Assembly: GCF_018350175.1 (NCBI RefSeq)
Contig: NC_058368.1
Coordinates: 212,228,001-212,292,000, forward strand
Length of the DNA stretch: 64,000 nt
Reading direction: 5' to 3'
Source of the DNA: Felis catus
Lineage: Eukaryota
Part shown: positions 50,105 through 63,991 of the stretch, in pieces
How positions within the stretch are numbered: position 1 is the stretch's first letter
Layout of the letters: each line of letters starts with the position of its first letter
Program-made: the position numbers and the translations under genes
The notes under the pieces: model-generated
Seen by the model: the letters and a program-made list of their open reading frames with translations, nothing else
Told to the model about the DNA's origin: nothing
Database searches by the model: none

Positions 50105-50309
50105 CTAAGAAGTAGAGACTGGGTTATTTTAAGATGCTGTCTACATTAAAGCTGAACAGTAGTTGTAACAAGGCTGGCTGGCTTTCTCTCTTTTTCTTTT
50201 CTTTTTCTTTCTTTTCTCCCTCCCTCCTTTCTTTCTTTCTTATTTTAAAGTAATCTCTTCTTCACTCCAAAATAAACATCACATTACTCAAATAGACTTT
50301 CATACTGAC

Positions 50310-50387
50310 CTTTGGACCATAAAAAGCTCCATCTCCAGGATTTAACTCCCACTTTTCACCAAATTCATTCAGACTGTTTTCAAGTTG
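50310..50387 (-). CDS. TARS1: TARS1 exon 14
   Basis: [26 protein letters not shown]; 78 nt. Confidence 0.96.
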
Positions 50388-50544
50388 CTAAGGACAAAGC
50401 AAAATCATTTTTATTTTTGTTCATCCGCAACTTCCCTTCTTCCAGCCTAATTTGAGACTAAAAATACTGTAATTACTTTCATGAATCCCTCCTATTCTCT
50501 GCGTTAGAATTTGGTCCACCTAAAATACACAAATTTCCTCTTTT

Positions 50545-50860
50545 CTGAGAAATACTGACATACATCACTGTATCAGTTTCAGAAGCATAGCACAATGGTT
50601 TGATTTACATAGGCTGTAAAATGATTACCATATTAGATTTAGTGAACATCCATCATCTCATACAGATACAATAAAAAGAGAAAAGAAAAAAATGTTCTCC
50701 TTGTGATGAGAACTCTAGGATTTACTCTCTTAACAACCTTCCTGTATATCATACAACAGTGTTAGTAGCTACAGTCATCACAATGTATGTTATATTCCTA
50801 GTACCAGTTTATCTTATAACTGGAAGTTTTGATCTTTTGACCAACTTCCTCCCATTTCCT
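50545..50860 (-). mobile_element. L1 3' end fragment, antisense on +
   Basis: tgaacatccatcatctcatacagataca...ccttgtgatgagaactctaggatttactctcttaacaac...cttataactggaagttt. Confidence 0.7.
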
Positions 50861-51063
50861 TTTACAAGTTATAGCTCAATGACTGAAAAAAATATTCAAC
50901 CATTTCTAATATAAAATCATACATAAAAAAAACCTAGTTTACTCAACCTATGAACCATTTCAATTTTCTCTTTTGCTTTTTACCCATTTAAAGAGGGTTG
51001 GGTTTCTTGGAACAAGTTCATTTCAGTCAAATAGCATTCAAGCATGCTGAAAAACACACTTAC

Positions 51064-51201
51064 TTTCTCAGCTTGATTCCATACTTCAATATCTCCAAGG
51101 AACTTTTCTGGGCGAGTAGACAGGTTCAGTTTAAAAGAGAATCCAAATATGCTATATACTGTACGTAGAAAATCCAAACAACCTTTTATTTCCTCCTCAA
51201 T
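51064..51201 (-). CDS. TARS1: TARS1 exon 13
   Basis: [46 protein letters not shown]; 138 nt. Confidence 0.96.
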
Positions 51202-51296
51202 CTTAAAAGAAACAAAAACAAAATAGACATTGGTAATTTTTCCTTGACTTTCTTCACAATTCTCTCAGAATATTTCATCCCAGAGTCTCAGAATAC

Positions 51297-51459
51297 CTGC
51301 TCTATGGCACAGAATATGTGGGCATCATCCTGTTGGAATCTTCGTACCCTCGTGAGTCCCGTGAGTGCTCCTGACAACTCATTCCTATGAAGTACCCCAA
51401 AATCGGCTACCCGGAGAGGCAACTCTCGCCAGGATCTTGGCCGATGATCAAACATGAGG
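51297..51459 (-). CDS. TARS1: TARS1 exon 12 (class II motif 2)
   Basis: (C)[54 protein letters not shown]; 163 nt. Confidence 0.97.
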
Positions 51460-52352
51460 CTAAAGAAAACAGAAAATTAAAACCCACTGATATTTACTTT
51501 CACAAGAATAAAACTGCTTTTCTAAAATATGAAAGACTGTCCAAACAGGCAACATTTCTTAAATTCTGGACTTCATACCACAATGTAAGCATCAATAAAA
51601 CAGCAAATAAATTATAGTATGACCATCCACAACCAAGAGAGAGAATAAAAATTTATTCCCAAGAGTCTGGAGTCAAATCCTTGTACTCAATATTTCCATT
51701 CATTTGAGGACTGCCTTTAATGATCATTAAAAAAAAAAAATCTTAGCTCCATACAAATCATTTAACATACTGGAAACTAAAGACTGTGCTTTCCTGTCAC
51801 TCCCAAAACTGCTTCAGTCTAAAGATACTTCAGCAACGTTAGCGAATCTGGGAGAACTAAGAAGAAACCCAGTCGGCTCCCTGACTTACAACCCAGTTCC
51901 CTTATGGAGATTCTACTCTCCCCTCACCCTTGAGGCCTTGCTGCCAGGACCAAGCTACCTACTCTTCCCCTGATCACTCTACCCAACTTTCAAGGCTAGA
52001 AAGTGAAAGCAGTTGCAAAGCAAGGAAGATTTCTCAGTTCGTTAGCAGATTTTAACAGAACATGTTTAAGAAAGAAAAAAAAATCTAGAGAATCTGCTAT
52101 GTCTACATTCAATCTCTCTTTTATATTCTGCCTGTTCACTGCTATTACCCCAGTGCCGTTCTTGAATGTCTACATATCTGAGCATCTAACTGGGCATGGA
52201 GAATATTACAATATCACAGAATGGTTGTATTTAAATATTCTTCTGATTCCATAATTTGCTTTAAACAAAAATTCCTTTGAAGGAGGGAGAGCAATCCAAG
52301 ACACATTGTATCATGGGAAAATCTTTGCTAGAAAGTCAAAGCTGCTCAATAC

Positions 52353-52519
52353 CAGTGTCCTGGGCAGTTCATGGGTTTCAGAGCAAACAGCTCCTTCTCC
52401 ACCTCAAAGGAGAACATGTTCTCACTATAGTGCTGCCAGTGGCCCGAGGTCACCCAGAGTCGGCTGTTGTAGATGTTTGGGGTGACCACTTCCTGAAATC
52501 CTCGTTTCCGATACTCACT
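52353..52519 (-). CDS. TARS1: TARS1 exon 11
   Basis: [55 protein letters not shown](C), including the KPMNCP Zn-ligand motif; 167 nt. Confidence 0.97.
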
Positions 52520-53505
52520 CTGTTAGAAAACAAATGCAATACACATGAAGAAAACAGAAGTTTATACTTCTGGTGGGAGTAAAATATAAAGAGCAATTTT
52601 ATACTATCTAGTGACATTCAAGATGCACACATGCTGTAATCCAGAAATTCCACTTTGAGGTATATACCAAAGAAGAAACTCCTGCACACGTTCATAAGGA
52701 GGCCTATCAAAACAATGATTTGTAATATGAGAAAATTAGAACTTACATCAGTGCCCACCAAGAAAGGAATGGGCACAGTGTGACAGGTATAGAGAATAGT
52801 AAGTAACAAGTGAAACTAAACTGGATTTAAAAAATCCTAATGCCGACCGAGACACAATGAGACTTTGCATATGTCAATTTGAACTACACAGACAGACACA
52901 GAATTTAGGGTACATGTATATGGGGCACGTATTAAATAACAGGGATCCATGTTAACTTCAAATACTGATCTCTTCTCTGCAAGGAGGGAAACGGATCAGA
53001 AAGGGTCCCAAAAGGGAGCTTTTTGCTTTACTCTGTATTAGTTTACTGTAATAAAAAAATCTGAAGCAAATATGTACCAATGTACCTATGTGGTAAATTA
53101 GGTGGTGAGTATGCAGATGTTGGTGGTATTATTCTCTATAAACCTATGCTTGAAAAGACTTCTTATTTTATAAAGAATAAAAAAGCAGTGTAAAGATTAA
53201 CTTGTTTTTTGGAGGAAAACACAAACAAATGGTCAAAGAGCATATCGAGCTCCCAGGTAAAGGGCTTCAGGTCCCACCTCAAGCTCACCAGCCTCTCTGT
53301 TGTGTACATACCAATGTACATGGACAAAATCACATACGAGGAAAAAGGAACGTTTTAAAACATTTCGTGAAAACTCAGACTTGCGATTTTACTCTTTTAA
53401 ATATTTCTTCTCAAATACAAGATTATCTTTCTTTTTAGCAGACCTTATTTAATTAAATCAACTTATATCCTAAATTTACAGAAGAAAATAACGAATATGG
53501 TTTAC

Positions 53506-53604
53506 CCTGATGAATTCAATAAGTGTATTATAAATGTATGCTCCTTTCGGCAGGAAAAAGCAACTTCCAGGGCTGAGTTCATGAAAGAAATACAGTTCTT
53601 GGTC
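53506..53604 (-). CDS. TARS1: TARS1 exon 10
   Basis: [33 protein letters not shown]; 99 nt. Confidence 0.96.
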
Positions 53605-54719
53605 CTGAGTAAAAGAAAAGCAAAAGAATGTTTATACACGCATGTAACATCAACATAAACTTCTGGGCTCCTGAGTTCAGATTACAACCGTGGTATCTGG
53701 CATTTTAATGTGTGCCATTCCCGAATCAAAGAAAACATGTCAACATTTCTGATATACTCAGGAGGATAGAATTGCCGCTGATTTACAACTTAGCACAAGT
53801 ACATTCTCCGCATGTTCTATTCCTAAATCCAGTCAAGTTTACCCAAGAATGACATGGAGCAGGGGTCTTAGTTCTCTTTATTATCCAGTGGGAGTTCTCA
53901 TAGTTTTAATTCCTCAAAGCTCCAAGATGTGACTATTGTTTCTTTTTTAAAGTAGGAGTGGCAAGAAGAAGACTAGAAAGAGGACAGTGATAATGAAAGA
54001 GGAGATGTAGACGAAGGTGGCTGCCCCTGGGTTTGGTGACAGAAGCACACCCTCCTACCTTCTTGCCTCTCCCCCCGAAAATGCCCAGGATCCTTGGAGA
54101 GGCCACCCCCAGCCCCCCAACTGTTGGTGCTTCCTTACCACTGGAATTTTTTTCAGGCCCTCAAGGGAGCAGAGTAGTGGATGGCACAGAGTGAACACAA
54201 TTTTAGAAAGGAATATTTTAACCAAATGTAACTTCCAGTCCAGAGAACAGTCGGGTCGAGGAATAATAAAGGAAATGACACTGTGGCACCCACCAGTGAC
54301 TTGCTATGTCACCTTGGGCAACAAGAAGATTCACTTTAGGGGAAATCAGTTTCCACATCTTTAAAGTAAGTCAGTGAGACCAGGAAACTTTCAAAGCATC
54401 TCCCAGCTGTATAAAACATCGCTGTACTGCCTTTCACAGAAAACTGTAGGTCGTCAGCATTTGTTCTCAATAAAAGGAGTATTTAAAATGAGTATTTGTG
54501 TAGTACCGAGCACACCCTAGAAAGATAATGTGGATAGTAAACGATAAGTAAGATAACAGTAAGATAATCAGGAAGTAATTTATGGATTATATAGGACACA
54601 GTATAAAAACTACTGGAAATAACCACAACATCTTTTCCAAAGGAAATTCTTAATACAGCGAAGTTTCAAATGAAAATAAAGAAAATTCAGTCTAGCAACA
54701 TTATTCTTTTTTAACATAC

Positions 54720-54866
54720 CCTTCCAATTTTCCTATGATCTCGGTTTTTAGCTTCCTCTTGGAACTTCTCCCATTCTTTCAACATTTTAGGATCCGGGAA
54801 TGAAATGCCATAGATTCTCTGGAGAGTCTCCATATCTGCTTTGCCTTCCCAGTATGTGGAGGAATT
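54720..54866 (-). CDS. TARS1: TARS1 exon 9
   Basis: [49 protein letters not shown]; 147 nt. Confidence 0.97.
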
Positions 54867-55597
54867 CTGAAAGCAAAGATAAATCATGAAACAATACTCA
54901 AACCTGTTAATATCTCGCTTATTTTGAGTTAGATGTTATTTCTCATAGTCGCCTAGGAGTCAAATTCATAACAGTCCTTATGACAAAAAAAGTGGTATAA
55001 AAAGTGCACACTTAGCAAACATCTCACAGTTGCTCTGAGTACAAAGCTGGCTGTTTAATTCCCTCAAAAATAACTCCCTCTCAATTACCCACTCAAACCA
55101 CAACTCCATGAATGAAACGCAAGGACATCTCCCATAATATGATTAAACAAAAATGGAAAACCAACAAAAAATATCTTGAAATGACTCAATTATTCTTATG
55201 ATATTTAAAGTGCATTTGAATAATCACCCATAAAATATTTACCAATTGGTAAAAACTGTCAGGACTAGTTTGGTTAAAAAGTGCAAATAAAGTAATTATT
55301 AAACAAACGAAGGACAAAAGCACACATTAACAGTGAGCTTTAAAACTCTAGAAACATGACTGTGTGATTTTTGTAAAGCCCCGGAAGCCCCCCATCCTCA
55401 CGTGCTCTGCTGATGAATGGTGAGTCAGTCACTGTTGGAGACTTTCAGCTAAAAAGTAGATAGCAAGAGAAAAAAAAAACCCCACCCTTAAACATGCAAC
55501 AGAAAAATAGGTAGAAAGAGAAACCAATAGAAGTTTAAACATATACCTACAGTAGATAAGTACATTTATATAGAGTCTTTAAGGTTACATTGCTTAC

Positions 55598-55676
55598 TTT
55601 GTGTATTTTCAAAGTCTTAATTTTGCCAGTGTGTCTGACGTGAGGACCCCGGCAGAGATCTATCAAGGGACCACAC
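55598..55676 (-). CDS. TARS1: TARS1 exon 8 (editing domain, DLCRGPH)
   Basis: (R)[26 protein letters not shown]; 79 nt. Confidence 0.96.
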
Positions 55677-55760
55677 CTAGAGATAAAATGAAAGCAATTT
55701 TAACAAAGACTTAAAATGACATATACACCAGTTACACTTAATGACACTTGACAGTCTCAC

Positions 55761-55825
55761 CTATAGACTGTGGTAGTTGGAGTATTCACTTTTTCATTCA
55801 ATATCCGGCATTTGAACTTGTTGTA
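55761..55825 (-). CDS. TARS1: TARS1 exon 7
   Basis: YNKFKCRILNEKVNTPTTTVY(R); 65 nt; 84-nt intron to exon 8. Confidence 0.95.
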
Positions 55826-56091
55826 CTAAAAATAGGAAAAATTATTTTTTTTAAAAACCCTCCTTTAATTTTTACCTCTGAACACTACAGCTAAAACATA
55901 ACTTGAATACATCTTACTGAAGCATTACAGGAAAATAAATATGTCAATACTTCATGTTTTACAAATATTGTTACATTTTTATCAAGAACAGAACCGGCTT
56001 CAACTTAGTACACTAAACCCCTGTGTGACAACTTAAAGTAACAATAATAAGTGATATAAAAGTGGAGGCCATACATTACATCTCAATTTAC

Positions 56092-56209
56092 CTTAAACAT
56101 TTCTAGTAAAGTTTCTTTCTTAACTTCCAGTCTTTCAAAAGCTTGCTTTTCTTTAATGATTTTCTTACACAAAGCCTCCAAAGAAGAGAAATCATTGCTG
56201 GACACACCC
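56092..56209 (-). CDS. TARS1: TARS1 exon 6
   Basis: [39 protein letters not shown]; 118 nt. Confidence 0.96.
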
Positions 56210-56690
56210 CTGAAGGAAAAGGAAGTGTAATTAATCTCATTCCACTCTATTCTACTCACATAATAGGTTGGAGGAATGTTTCTTTAAAAAAGTGAAGAGT
56301 TTTAATATAAAAAAATAGACCCTTGCACCATATACTAGAATCTTAAACTAGGTATCATTATCATTTTTATATTTTATATTTTCAGTGGCTTCTATCTTGA
56401 TCATCATGGAGACTATGCCCACTACTGCACCCTCCCTCCACTTCTATGACCCGCTTATTTTATTTCCCAACATAGTTTAGGGCTATACTTCTGTCTATAA
56501 CAGAGCTTTCATAAATTACTACCACCTCAAAAGTTACTACACGACTTCAAGTTTTCATAGTGGAAATACCTGTTGACTATTAAGCAATAAACTTGATATC
56601 ATTCCTTCTTTCTTGAGAACTCTTTAAAAATAAAGTATGGACCCTTAGTAATTCAGAATTTATTTTTCTTTATTCAGCTCAATAACTCAC

Positions 56691-56812
56691 CCTTCTTCAA
56701 GGTACATGTCATAATAGAATCCATTTTCTATTGGTGGACCATAACATAAACATCCACCATAGACTCTTTCCATGGCTTCACCCATTATGTGAGCGCTTGA
56801 ATGCCAATATAC
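56691..56812 (-). CDS. TARS1: TARS1 exon 5 (editing domain HxxxH)
   Basis: [40 protein letters not shown](G); 122 nt. Confidence 0.97.
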
Positions 56813-57353
56813 CTGAAAATACAAAGAAAAATGAGATGGTTGGAGTCTGAGCATATATGTTGTAAATATAGCTGTCTTGAAAAAGATATTTAAAATTTAC
56901 TAAAAATAAACCCAAGACATAAAAAAATCTAAACTTATAAATGTATAAACAGTGGTATGATTCTATGCAGAGCCAAAATAATTTAAAAGGATTCTAATTA
57001 CTAAGTTGCATTTGTACCTTAGGAATCATCTGGCTTAGTCATTTTCAAACTAATTAAATTCAAATTAGCATCATTAATTTAAATTGGATGGATTCTGTTA
57101 CCTGAAAACAACTGCCACTCACAATGTCACTGTCTTATTGACCATAATTGCTCAGAATCTTTTGAGTCAATGTGCCCATATCCCACAACTATGTCCTATC
57201 CTGTGACCTTTATTGAGTCGTGGAACACCACTTAAAAATTACACTTTCTTTTTCTTTATTGGCTTCAAAAAACTAAGGTGCTAGAACTTGTCCCCACAAC
57301 ACAACTATAAAACACAAGGACAAATATATGGATGCTGAAAACAGATGGCAGTA

Positions 57354-57703
57354 CAGCTAACCCTTGAACAACACAGGGGTTAGAGATGCTGGCCTTCAGT
57401 ATAGTCAAAAATCTTAGTACAATTCATGACTCTCCAAAAACGTAACTACTAACAGCCTGAAGCTGCCTGACCAGCCCGACCAGAAGCTTTACTAATAACA
57501 TAAACAGTCAATTAACACATATTTTGTATGGTATATATATCATACACTGTCTTCTTACAATAAAGTTAGAAAAAAATATTAAGAAAATCATATGGAAAAT
57601 ACATTTATTTCATCAAAAAATACTCACAGATATTTATTTATAGAAAAACAATCCATATATTAGTAGACCCATGCAGTTCAAACCCATGTTCAAGGGTCAT
57701 CTA
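57354..57703. mobile_element. Tigger2-derived MITE (Tigger2a/MER28-like)
   Basis: TA|cagctaacccttgaacaacac ... gttcaagggtcatcta|TA: degenerate terminal inverted repeats with TA target duplication. Confidence 0.8.
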
Positions 57704-57786
57704 TACTTGGCTTTTAAGGTGGACAGATGAGTCAGAATATACCCAAAGCTATACTTTCAAGATTTATTTGTAAGGTACCAAAATGA

Positions 57787-57994
57787 TTTTTTTTTAATTA
57801 ACTTTATTTATTTATTTTGAGAGAGACAGAAAACATAAGTGGGGAAAGGCAGAGAGAGAGGGAGAGATAGAGAATCCCAAGCATGCTTTACCCTGCCAGC
57901 ATGGATCCTGATATAGGGTTTGAACCCATGAACTGCGAGACCATGACCTGGGGCGAAGTCAGGCACTTAACTGACTAAGCCACCCAGGCACCCC
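57787..57994 (-). mobile_element. CanSINE
   Basis: T tail, (GA)n, head ...ctaagccacccaggcacccc; TSD approximately CCAAAATGATTTT. Confidence 0.92.
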
Positions 57995-58577
57995 CAAAAA
58001 TGATTTTCATAAAAAACGTAAGGAATTCAGAATACATCTGAAAAGCATTAATACATATACATAAGTAAACTATCAGAATAAAACAAAATATTTTATTTCC
58101 CTTTATATGGTATGCCATCAAGGAGAAATAAGAAAACCATGACATCAAATGCAGGTTGATTTTTATAGTGCTTCAGCAAATCTGCATTTTAAGATGAGGA
58201 AAATATGGAAATTAATTGTCCAATAGGGGAGTAGTTTAAGGAAATGTTCAATTTTATTTGTAAAATCTATACATCTTGCTTAAGTACTGACTGATAGAGT
58301 AGAACCAATTTTTACTTGCTTTACCAATTTTTAATAAAAATCCCAGAACATATTTCCCACTGAAGTATCTAGTAATGAAGATAAATTTATTCAAGTTCAC
58401 TTCTTAAATTTATAAAGCAAACTCTTTCACGATGCTCCCTAAATCAAAGACAAAATGAAGATTTCAAATATGACAATGAGACCAATAAGCTCTAAACCCA
58501 CTGACAGTGTGAGCAGGAAGAGACCGGAAACGGGAACCTTGATCCTGAAATTCAGTGACTACTGAATAAAAACTTAC

Positions 58578-58701
58578 TGCCTGAGCTTCCTCATCCTCAA
58601 ATTTGAGAAGCTCCAAGGTACAATCTTCCTCCAGAGGACGGTCTAGGTCCCAAACAACTTGATTCACTTTAGCAATAACGGTGTTGTCAGCCAGGCCTTG
58701 A
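58578..58701 (-). CDS. TARS1: TARS1 exon 4 (TGS domain)
   Basis: (S)[41 protein letters not shown]; 124 nt. Confidence 0.97.
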
Positions 58702-60169
58702 CTTAAAAAATATACACACATGTATATATATATAAACAAAAGAATATAAAAAAGAATCTTCTGTAGCACAACACTTAATCTGAGAATAACACGAAAATAA
58801 ACATTACATATATTCTATAATAACACATGTATTATTTATATTATAGTTTATGTATCATTGCTTTCTGAATTAAAATGGAAAAAGCAACAAACCCCTCCAA
58901 AATGTACCCAAGTGTAACTAGAGGATCCTGAAAATCCAGAACACTATTATTTCACATCTAATGCCTCTTATTTAAGCAGATATGACGACTGTGATAAACA
59001 AACAATTTTCAGTGGTTTGACTAATCTTTTAATTTCTCCAAATGAATTTTCCACAAAGCCAAGCTATTTAGACTCCAAAAAAGAAAAAGAGGGGCTACTG
59101 AGTAATCCTCTAATTTTCCTCATACTTGATATTTGTGATAGATCTTTTCTCTGTGAGGTAATGTTAACCTCAGAATAAATTCTGTAATGCCAAAGATGGT
59201 ATGATTTATGACAAGCATATAGGCAAAATAAAGGACTATTCAATAAAACTTTTTTATAATATCGATTTAAAAAGTCAGCTAGACACACACCACAGAGTAC
59301 ACAACATAAAGGATCACCAAGTGGTTAAGACCACACTATGAGACCACACCAAGTGTAAGAGCCACAGGAATTCTGAGGACTGGAAAGCAGCAAAGGTCAG
59401 ACAGTCTGGACAGGCTTTGAGGATAAAGAAATGAGGGGCTGAAGGTTCAGAAGAACTAACAGAAGGATAACCATAAATTCCTAATGCAACTTTCAAATTC
59501 ACTGAATTTCCCACAAATTACATCCAATGTTTTCTTTCCTTCTGAGATCATATAAAGTTTCAGAGACATACATGGGTTTGGCAGAGAGAAATATATTTTA
59601 TCATATTGGTGTAAAATAGTTTTCAGAAGATTAAAGAATTGATCAAAGGCAACTAATATTCTTTGTATTCTTTGGGGGAAAATGGCTTTTATTTTGGGGT
59701 CCAAAATGGTGTCTTAAGATACTAAAGCAGAGTTACTTTGAAAATGTAGATATGCAGAGACCATATTAGATCATTTCAGTTTTCCAAAGGGATACAGTAA
59801 TCTAAACTTTCAGATTTAAAACAAAACTTCAAAGAAAAACCTTCTAAAGCAAATAGGGCGTGCATTTTTTTTTTTTTTTTTTGTATTCACAACTGATCAT
59901 CCAAACCTTTCAACTGTTACCCATGCTATAATTTTTCACACAATAGCAAGAATTTATCCTGGACTTTTGTAAAAATGTCATAAACACCCTCACTTGCAGA
60001 TCAGTGACTTAACTCTAGCCCTAAAGCTCATCAACGCTTTACGTAAACTTTTGCAGTTCTCAAAAAAAATATCTTAATTGGTTATTTGACAAATTACAAT
60101 GTAATCTGGAGGACGACACTGTAGAATGTAGAGAATAGGTTCCTGAACTAATAAGAGCTTGAATTTTAA

Positions 60170-60321
60170 AGAAATTTTTTTAATGTTTTATTTATTCTTG
60201 AGAGAGACAGCATGAGTGGGGGAACACCAGAGTGAGAGGGACACAGAATCCGAAGCAGGCTCCAGGGTCTGAGCTGTCAGCACAGTCAGAAGCTCAACCG
60301 ACTGAGCCACCCAGGTGCCCC
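60170..60321 (-). mobile_element. CanSINE with ~50-nt internal deletion spanning the B-box region
   Basis: gagctgtcagcacag joined directly to tcagaagctcaaccgactgagccacccaggtgcccc; TSD GAGCTTGAATTTTAA at 60155-60169 and 60324-60338. Confidence 0.9.
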
Positions 60322-60727
60322 AGGAGCTTGAATTTTAATACCAACACGGCTACAATCTCAGTGTGAAACAATGGAGGAATATCTTAATCAAAATGCCCTT
60401 GAAAATTATCTCTAAAATGAAAGGTTGAATGGGTATTTAGGAGTACACCCACTTATTTATGATTTCACATGGAAATCTGCTTGATGTTATAATTTTTTTT
60501 CTTACTTTCCTTTGGAATAAGCTAGAAGTAGTTTAGGTAGAAGCAATGGTCAAATTAATGGAAACACTCCATTTTCTTTGTAAAAAGTACTAATCAGTGT
60601 CCATGGCACAATAAAGACTCATGGCTCATAGACCAACTGCTCATAGGCCACCAGCTGCATAGTGGGCTTACCAGTAATCAGCTAGGTTGGTTCCCAAACC
60701 TCTTTATGTATTTGTTCTTTTGGGCCT

Positions 60728-60804
60728 TAGGTTCAACAATATGAAATTGATGATAATCAACCATGTTTGACAATTACATGGTGACTGCATGTGGTTCAAC
60801 TCAA
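60728..60804. mobile_element. MADE2-like mariner MITE
   Basis: taggttcaacaatatgaaattg ... gcatgtggttcaactc degenerate inverted ends. Confidence 0.4.
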
Positions 60805-60907
60805 CATATAATGAAACAGTAAAAATAAACAGAATTACATACTTAAATATAGGGTGGATAGAGTGAATAAATATGTATTTACATGTTTTAAATTAAAATG
60901 TTTAAGA

Positions 60908-61070
60908 CAGAAATTGGCAAACTTTTTCTGTAAAGGGCTATATAAATATTTCAGACTGGGCCACACATGATCTCTGTCACATATTCTTCTTAGTTTTCTT
61001 ATTTTTTTTCAAGCCGCTTATGAACCATTCTTAGCTCTTGGGCTGTACAAAGCAAGTTTGTACAATACCT
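60908..61070. mobile_element. MER58-like (hAT-Charlie) element
   Basis: cagaaattggcaaactttttctgtaaagggc...aaatatttcagact...ccacacatgatctctgtcacatattc. Confidence 0.65.
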
Positions 61071-61534
61071 GGTATTATACATATGCATCAATTTATGCTT
61101 TCTTGTCTTTATCATTTCGTATAAATTGACCAACTATTGATCCCATCATATCAGAAAAAGAAAGCCTGACTCTGTTACAAAGTATATATATCTAACCTCA
61201 GTTATTTCTTCCCAACCCAATAAAAGTTTTTAACATCAAACATAATCTATACATTATTTTCACATGTCTTTTATTAGTTTAACTTCTCAACTATCAGATG
61301 TTCTATCTTCATTTTTAACTTCAAAACAGACAATTAAGTCAAAACAGGTGAAACACTGTCTACTCTCAGAAATTAAGTCTTGAGCATAAAACTCCACATT
61401 ATTTTGATTTTTAAAAATCCCAAATAATATAAACATTAAAAACACAATAACATAAAAACATTATAAGGATAAAACTTGACAAGATAAAAAAAGTTTAGTT
61501 ACAAACAGAAGGTCAAGACAGGTGTAGTTTATAC

Positions 61535-61725
61535 CTAATTCCACAAGCAATTTGATACGGTGTAGTTTTCCAGGATTCTGCTTTGACCTGTTTACCATCA
61601 GGAAGAGTGACTTTAATCGGCTTGCTATCTTTTTCTGCCTTTTCTGCCAGAATGGAATCATGTTCTGCCTTTAGTTTATTATACATCTCAAGACGTGTGT
61701 TAATATATTCAGGCCAAGGATTCAA
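61535..61725 (-). CDS. TARS1: TARS1 exon 3
   Basis: LNPWPEYINTRLEMYNKLKAEHDSILAEKAEKDSKPIKVTLPDGKQVKAESWKTTPYQIACGI(S); 191 nt. Confidence 0.97.
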
Positions 61726-63521
61726 CTGTTAAGACAACAAATGAGGAAATAAATGATCAGTAAATACTTGCTTTCCTTTTTAGAAAAAGGGAAGAAATAA
61801 TAAAAATAGACAATACAAAAATTATGATTACTAATTCAATATGGTAAATGGATTGTCCAAATCACCAAGCACTCACTTATCCTGCTGGAAATTAAGGTAA
61901 AAAAATGAACTAAATGCTGTCTTCTTATAATTTTTATTGTAATAATTTTTTTAAAAATAGAAAAGTATAAATAACAGACATGTGGGCTGCCAATATCTTA
62001 AATGGATAATTATTACCATTTGCTATTTGCATAAGGTGATTTTTTTTTCCTTTTTAAGATATTCTCTTAAGGTCTCTTCTAACTAAATGACCTTACAAGT
62101 ACAGCTCTAAACAATACTAGAAATAAAAAGTAGCTGGCTTTTCCATTTTGTTTCGATCTTGTTTAGGAATGGTCTGTGCAGCTGGTCAGACTATATGTCC
62201 ACTTAACAATTCTTAACTAACCAACTATAAATTGATTTAACGTAAAGGCTCCCATTCAACGAAAATAGTTGCTGGATTCAAAGAGAAGACTAAAACCTTC
62301 CATGTTGCCCTTAGAAGGGAGATAAGACAAGTACATAAATGATGGGAGCACAGAGGAGGAGGAAAGGTCCTGGACATCTCACTGTGAACTTTTTTCCAGA
62401 CAGATCATTGAAAATATATATAATCACATTTTGTACTCAAAATACTTTATTCAGAAGAGTCCTTTAATTGTACCTTTTGTTTCCTATCTGCAGACTAATT
62501 CCCAAGGTGTGACGGAATACCATGTGCTACTGTATTCAAAGTATGAAAAACAAATGAGGAAACATACACGTTTTTCTACTTCTTTGCAAATTTTTAAAAT
62601 TCACAACAATTTCTTCCACGGTAACAGTGGGATATAATGGACAAAATGTAAGAGAAATGGTTAGATAGGGCTCTAAGCAACACTGAGAAGTTCTCGATCA
62701 CCCACAAACTGACCCTTACGTAAATGAAATCGCTATAAATTTAGCAACACAGCATTAATAAAAGCAGCTCTTTAAAGCCAGTTTACAGTTTACTGTGCTA
62801 CAGTATACTTCTCAAAGGCCTGTTCCTTTGTGCTTCTGTATTCTGGTAGCTTTCTAAGGAGTCTCTAATAAAATGATTGCAATGACTAAAGCAAAAAAAT
62901 GAAGCAGAGTTCACAGCAGTTCAACTCATAAAGTAGGAAGACAAGTTTAACTGCCTCCTAAAGTAGAATACCCAGAAACCGAGTTGATTCTGGGATGACT
63001 TTTGAAATGCCACCTCTTTTTAGTGTGAGCTGGGGGAACTGTAAGCATTTTCTTTACAACGGAGAAGACTCAAGATCTGTCTGGCTTATAACCAAACCCT
63101 AGTGACAAGTCCTCATGGAAATAATGTGAAGGGTCAAGGAATTGGGGCTTCTTTGGTTTCTGCTGCATTCAGTGTGAACTCAAACATCAAATCTCTACCC
63201 TGTAACATCTCACTGAATGAAATGATCAGACTGCTGGCATCCACTCTGACAACTGAGTAATTATGAGGCCCCTTCTTTCCAACTTTTTTTGTCTGATTTT
63301 CGTAATCTAACCCCACAGATTATCTTGCAATCGTACTTCAGTGCTGTTTTCCTTTTTCAATTACAAATAGCTTCAAATCTTTTTCCCCTCTCAGACTTTC
63401 CTAATTTTCTTCCTGAGTGTGCCATCTCACAACCTCATGTAAAGCATTAGAATCTTACAAAATATAAGTCTGAGCTCCTACCACCTTTCAATCTTTGATA
63501 ACAGAGCTCTAAAACATTTAC

Positions 63522-63602
63522 CTCTGCTCGACCTCCATCTCCAGATCCTTCTTTGTTCTTCTTCTTGCCTCCTTCCTTTCGCTGCTCCTCCCCGGCACCT
63601 AT
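63522..63602 (-). CDS. TARS1: TARS1 exon 2 (N-terminal extension); exon 1 is outside the window
   Basis: tatag|IGAGEEQRKEGGKKKNKEGSGDGGRAE|gtaa; 81 nt; phase 0 to exon 3. Confidence 0.93.
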
Positions 63603-63792
63603 CTATACAAGCAAATAAGAAATAAGATTTTATATTTTAATCTAGTTTGACACCACTCCATGCTGCAGCCAGAAAAGTTTTGAGGATATTATTTTAGCAT
63701 GTATTTAAAAAAAAGAGCAGGAAATCTGACTTTGAAAGACTAAAAAATTTCACCACTATCAAAGACAAAATAACTGGCAATAAAGACAAATC

Positions 63793-63991
63793 TTTTTTTT
63801 TTTTTTAATGTTTATTTATTGTTGAGAGAGAGAGAGAGAAAGAGTGTGAGCAGGGGAAGTGCAGAGAGAGAGGGAGACACAGAATCCTAAACAGGCTGTC
63901 AGCATAGAGCCCGATGCAAGGCTCGAACTCATAAACTGGGAGATCATGATCTGAGCCGAAATCGGATGTGACTGAGCCACCCAGGCGCCCC
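63793..63991 (-). mobile_element. CanSINE
   Basis: T tail, (GA)n, ...actgagccacccaggcgcccc. Confidence 0.93.
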
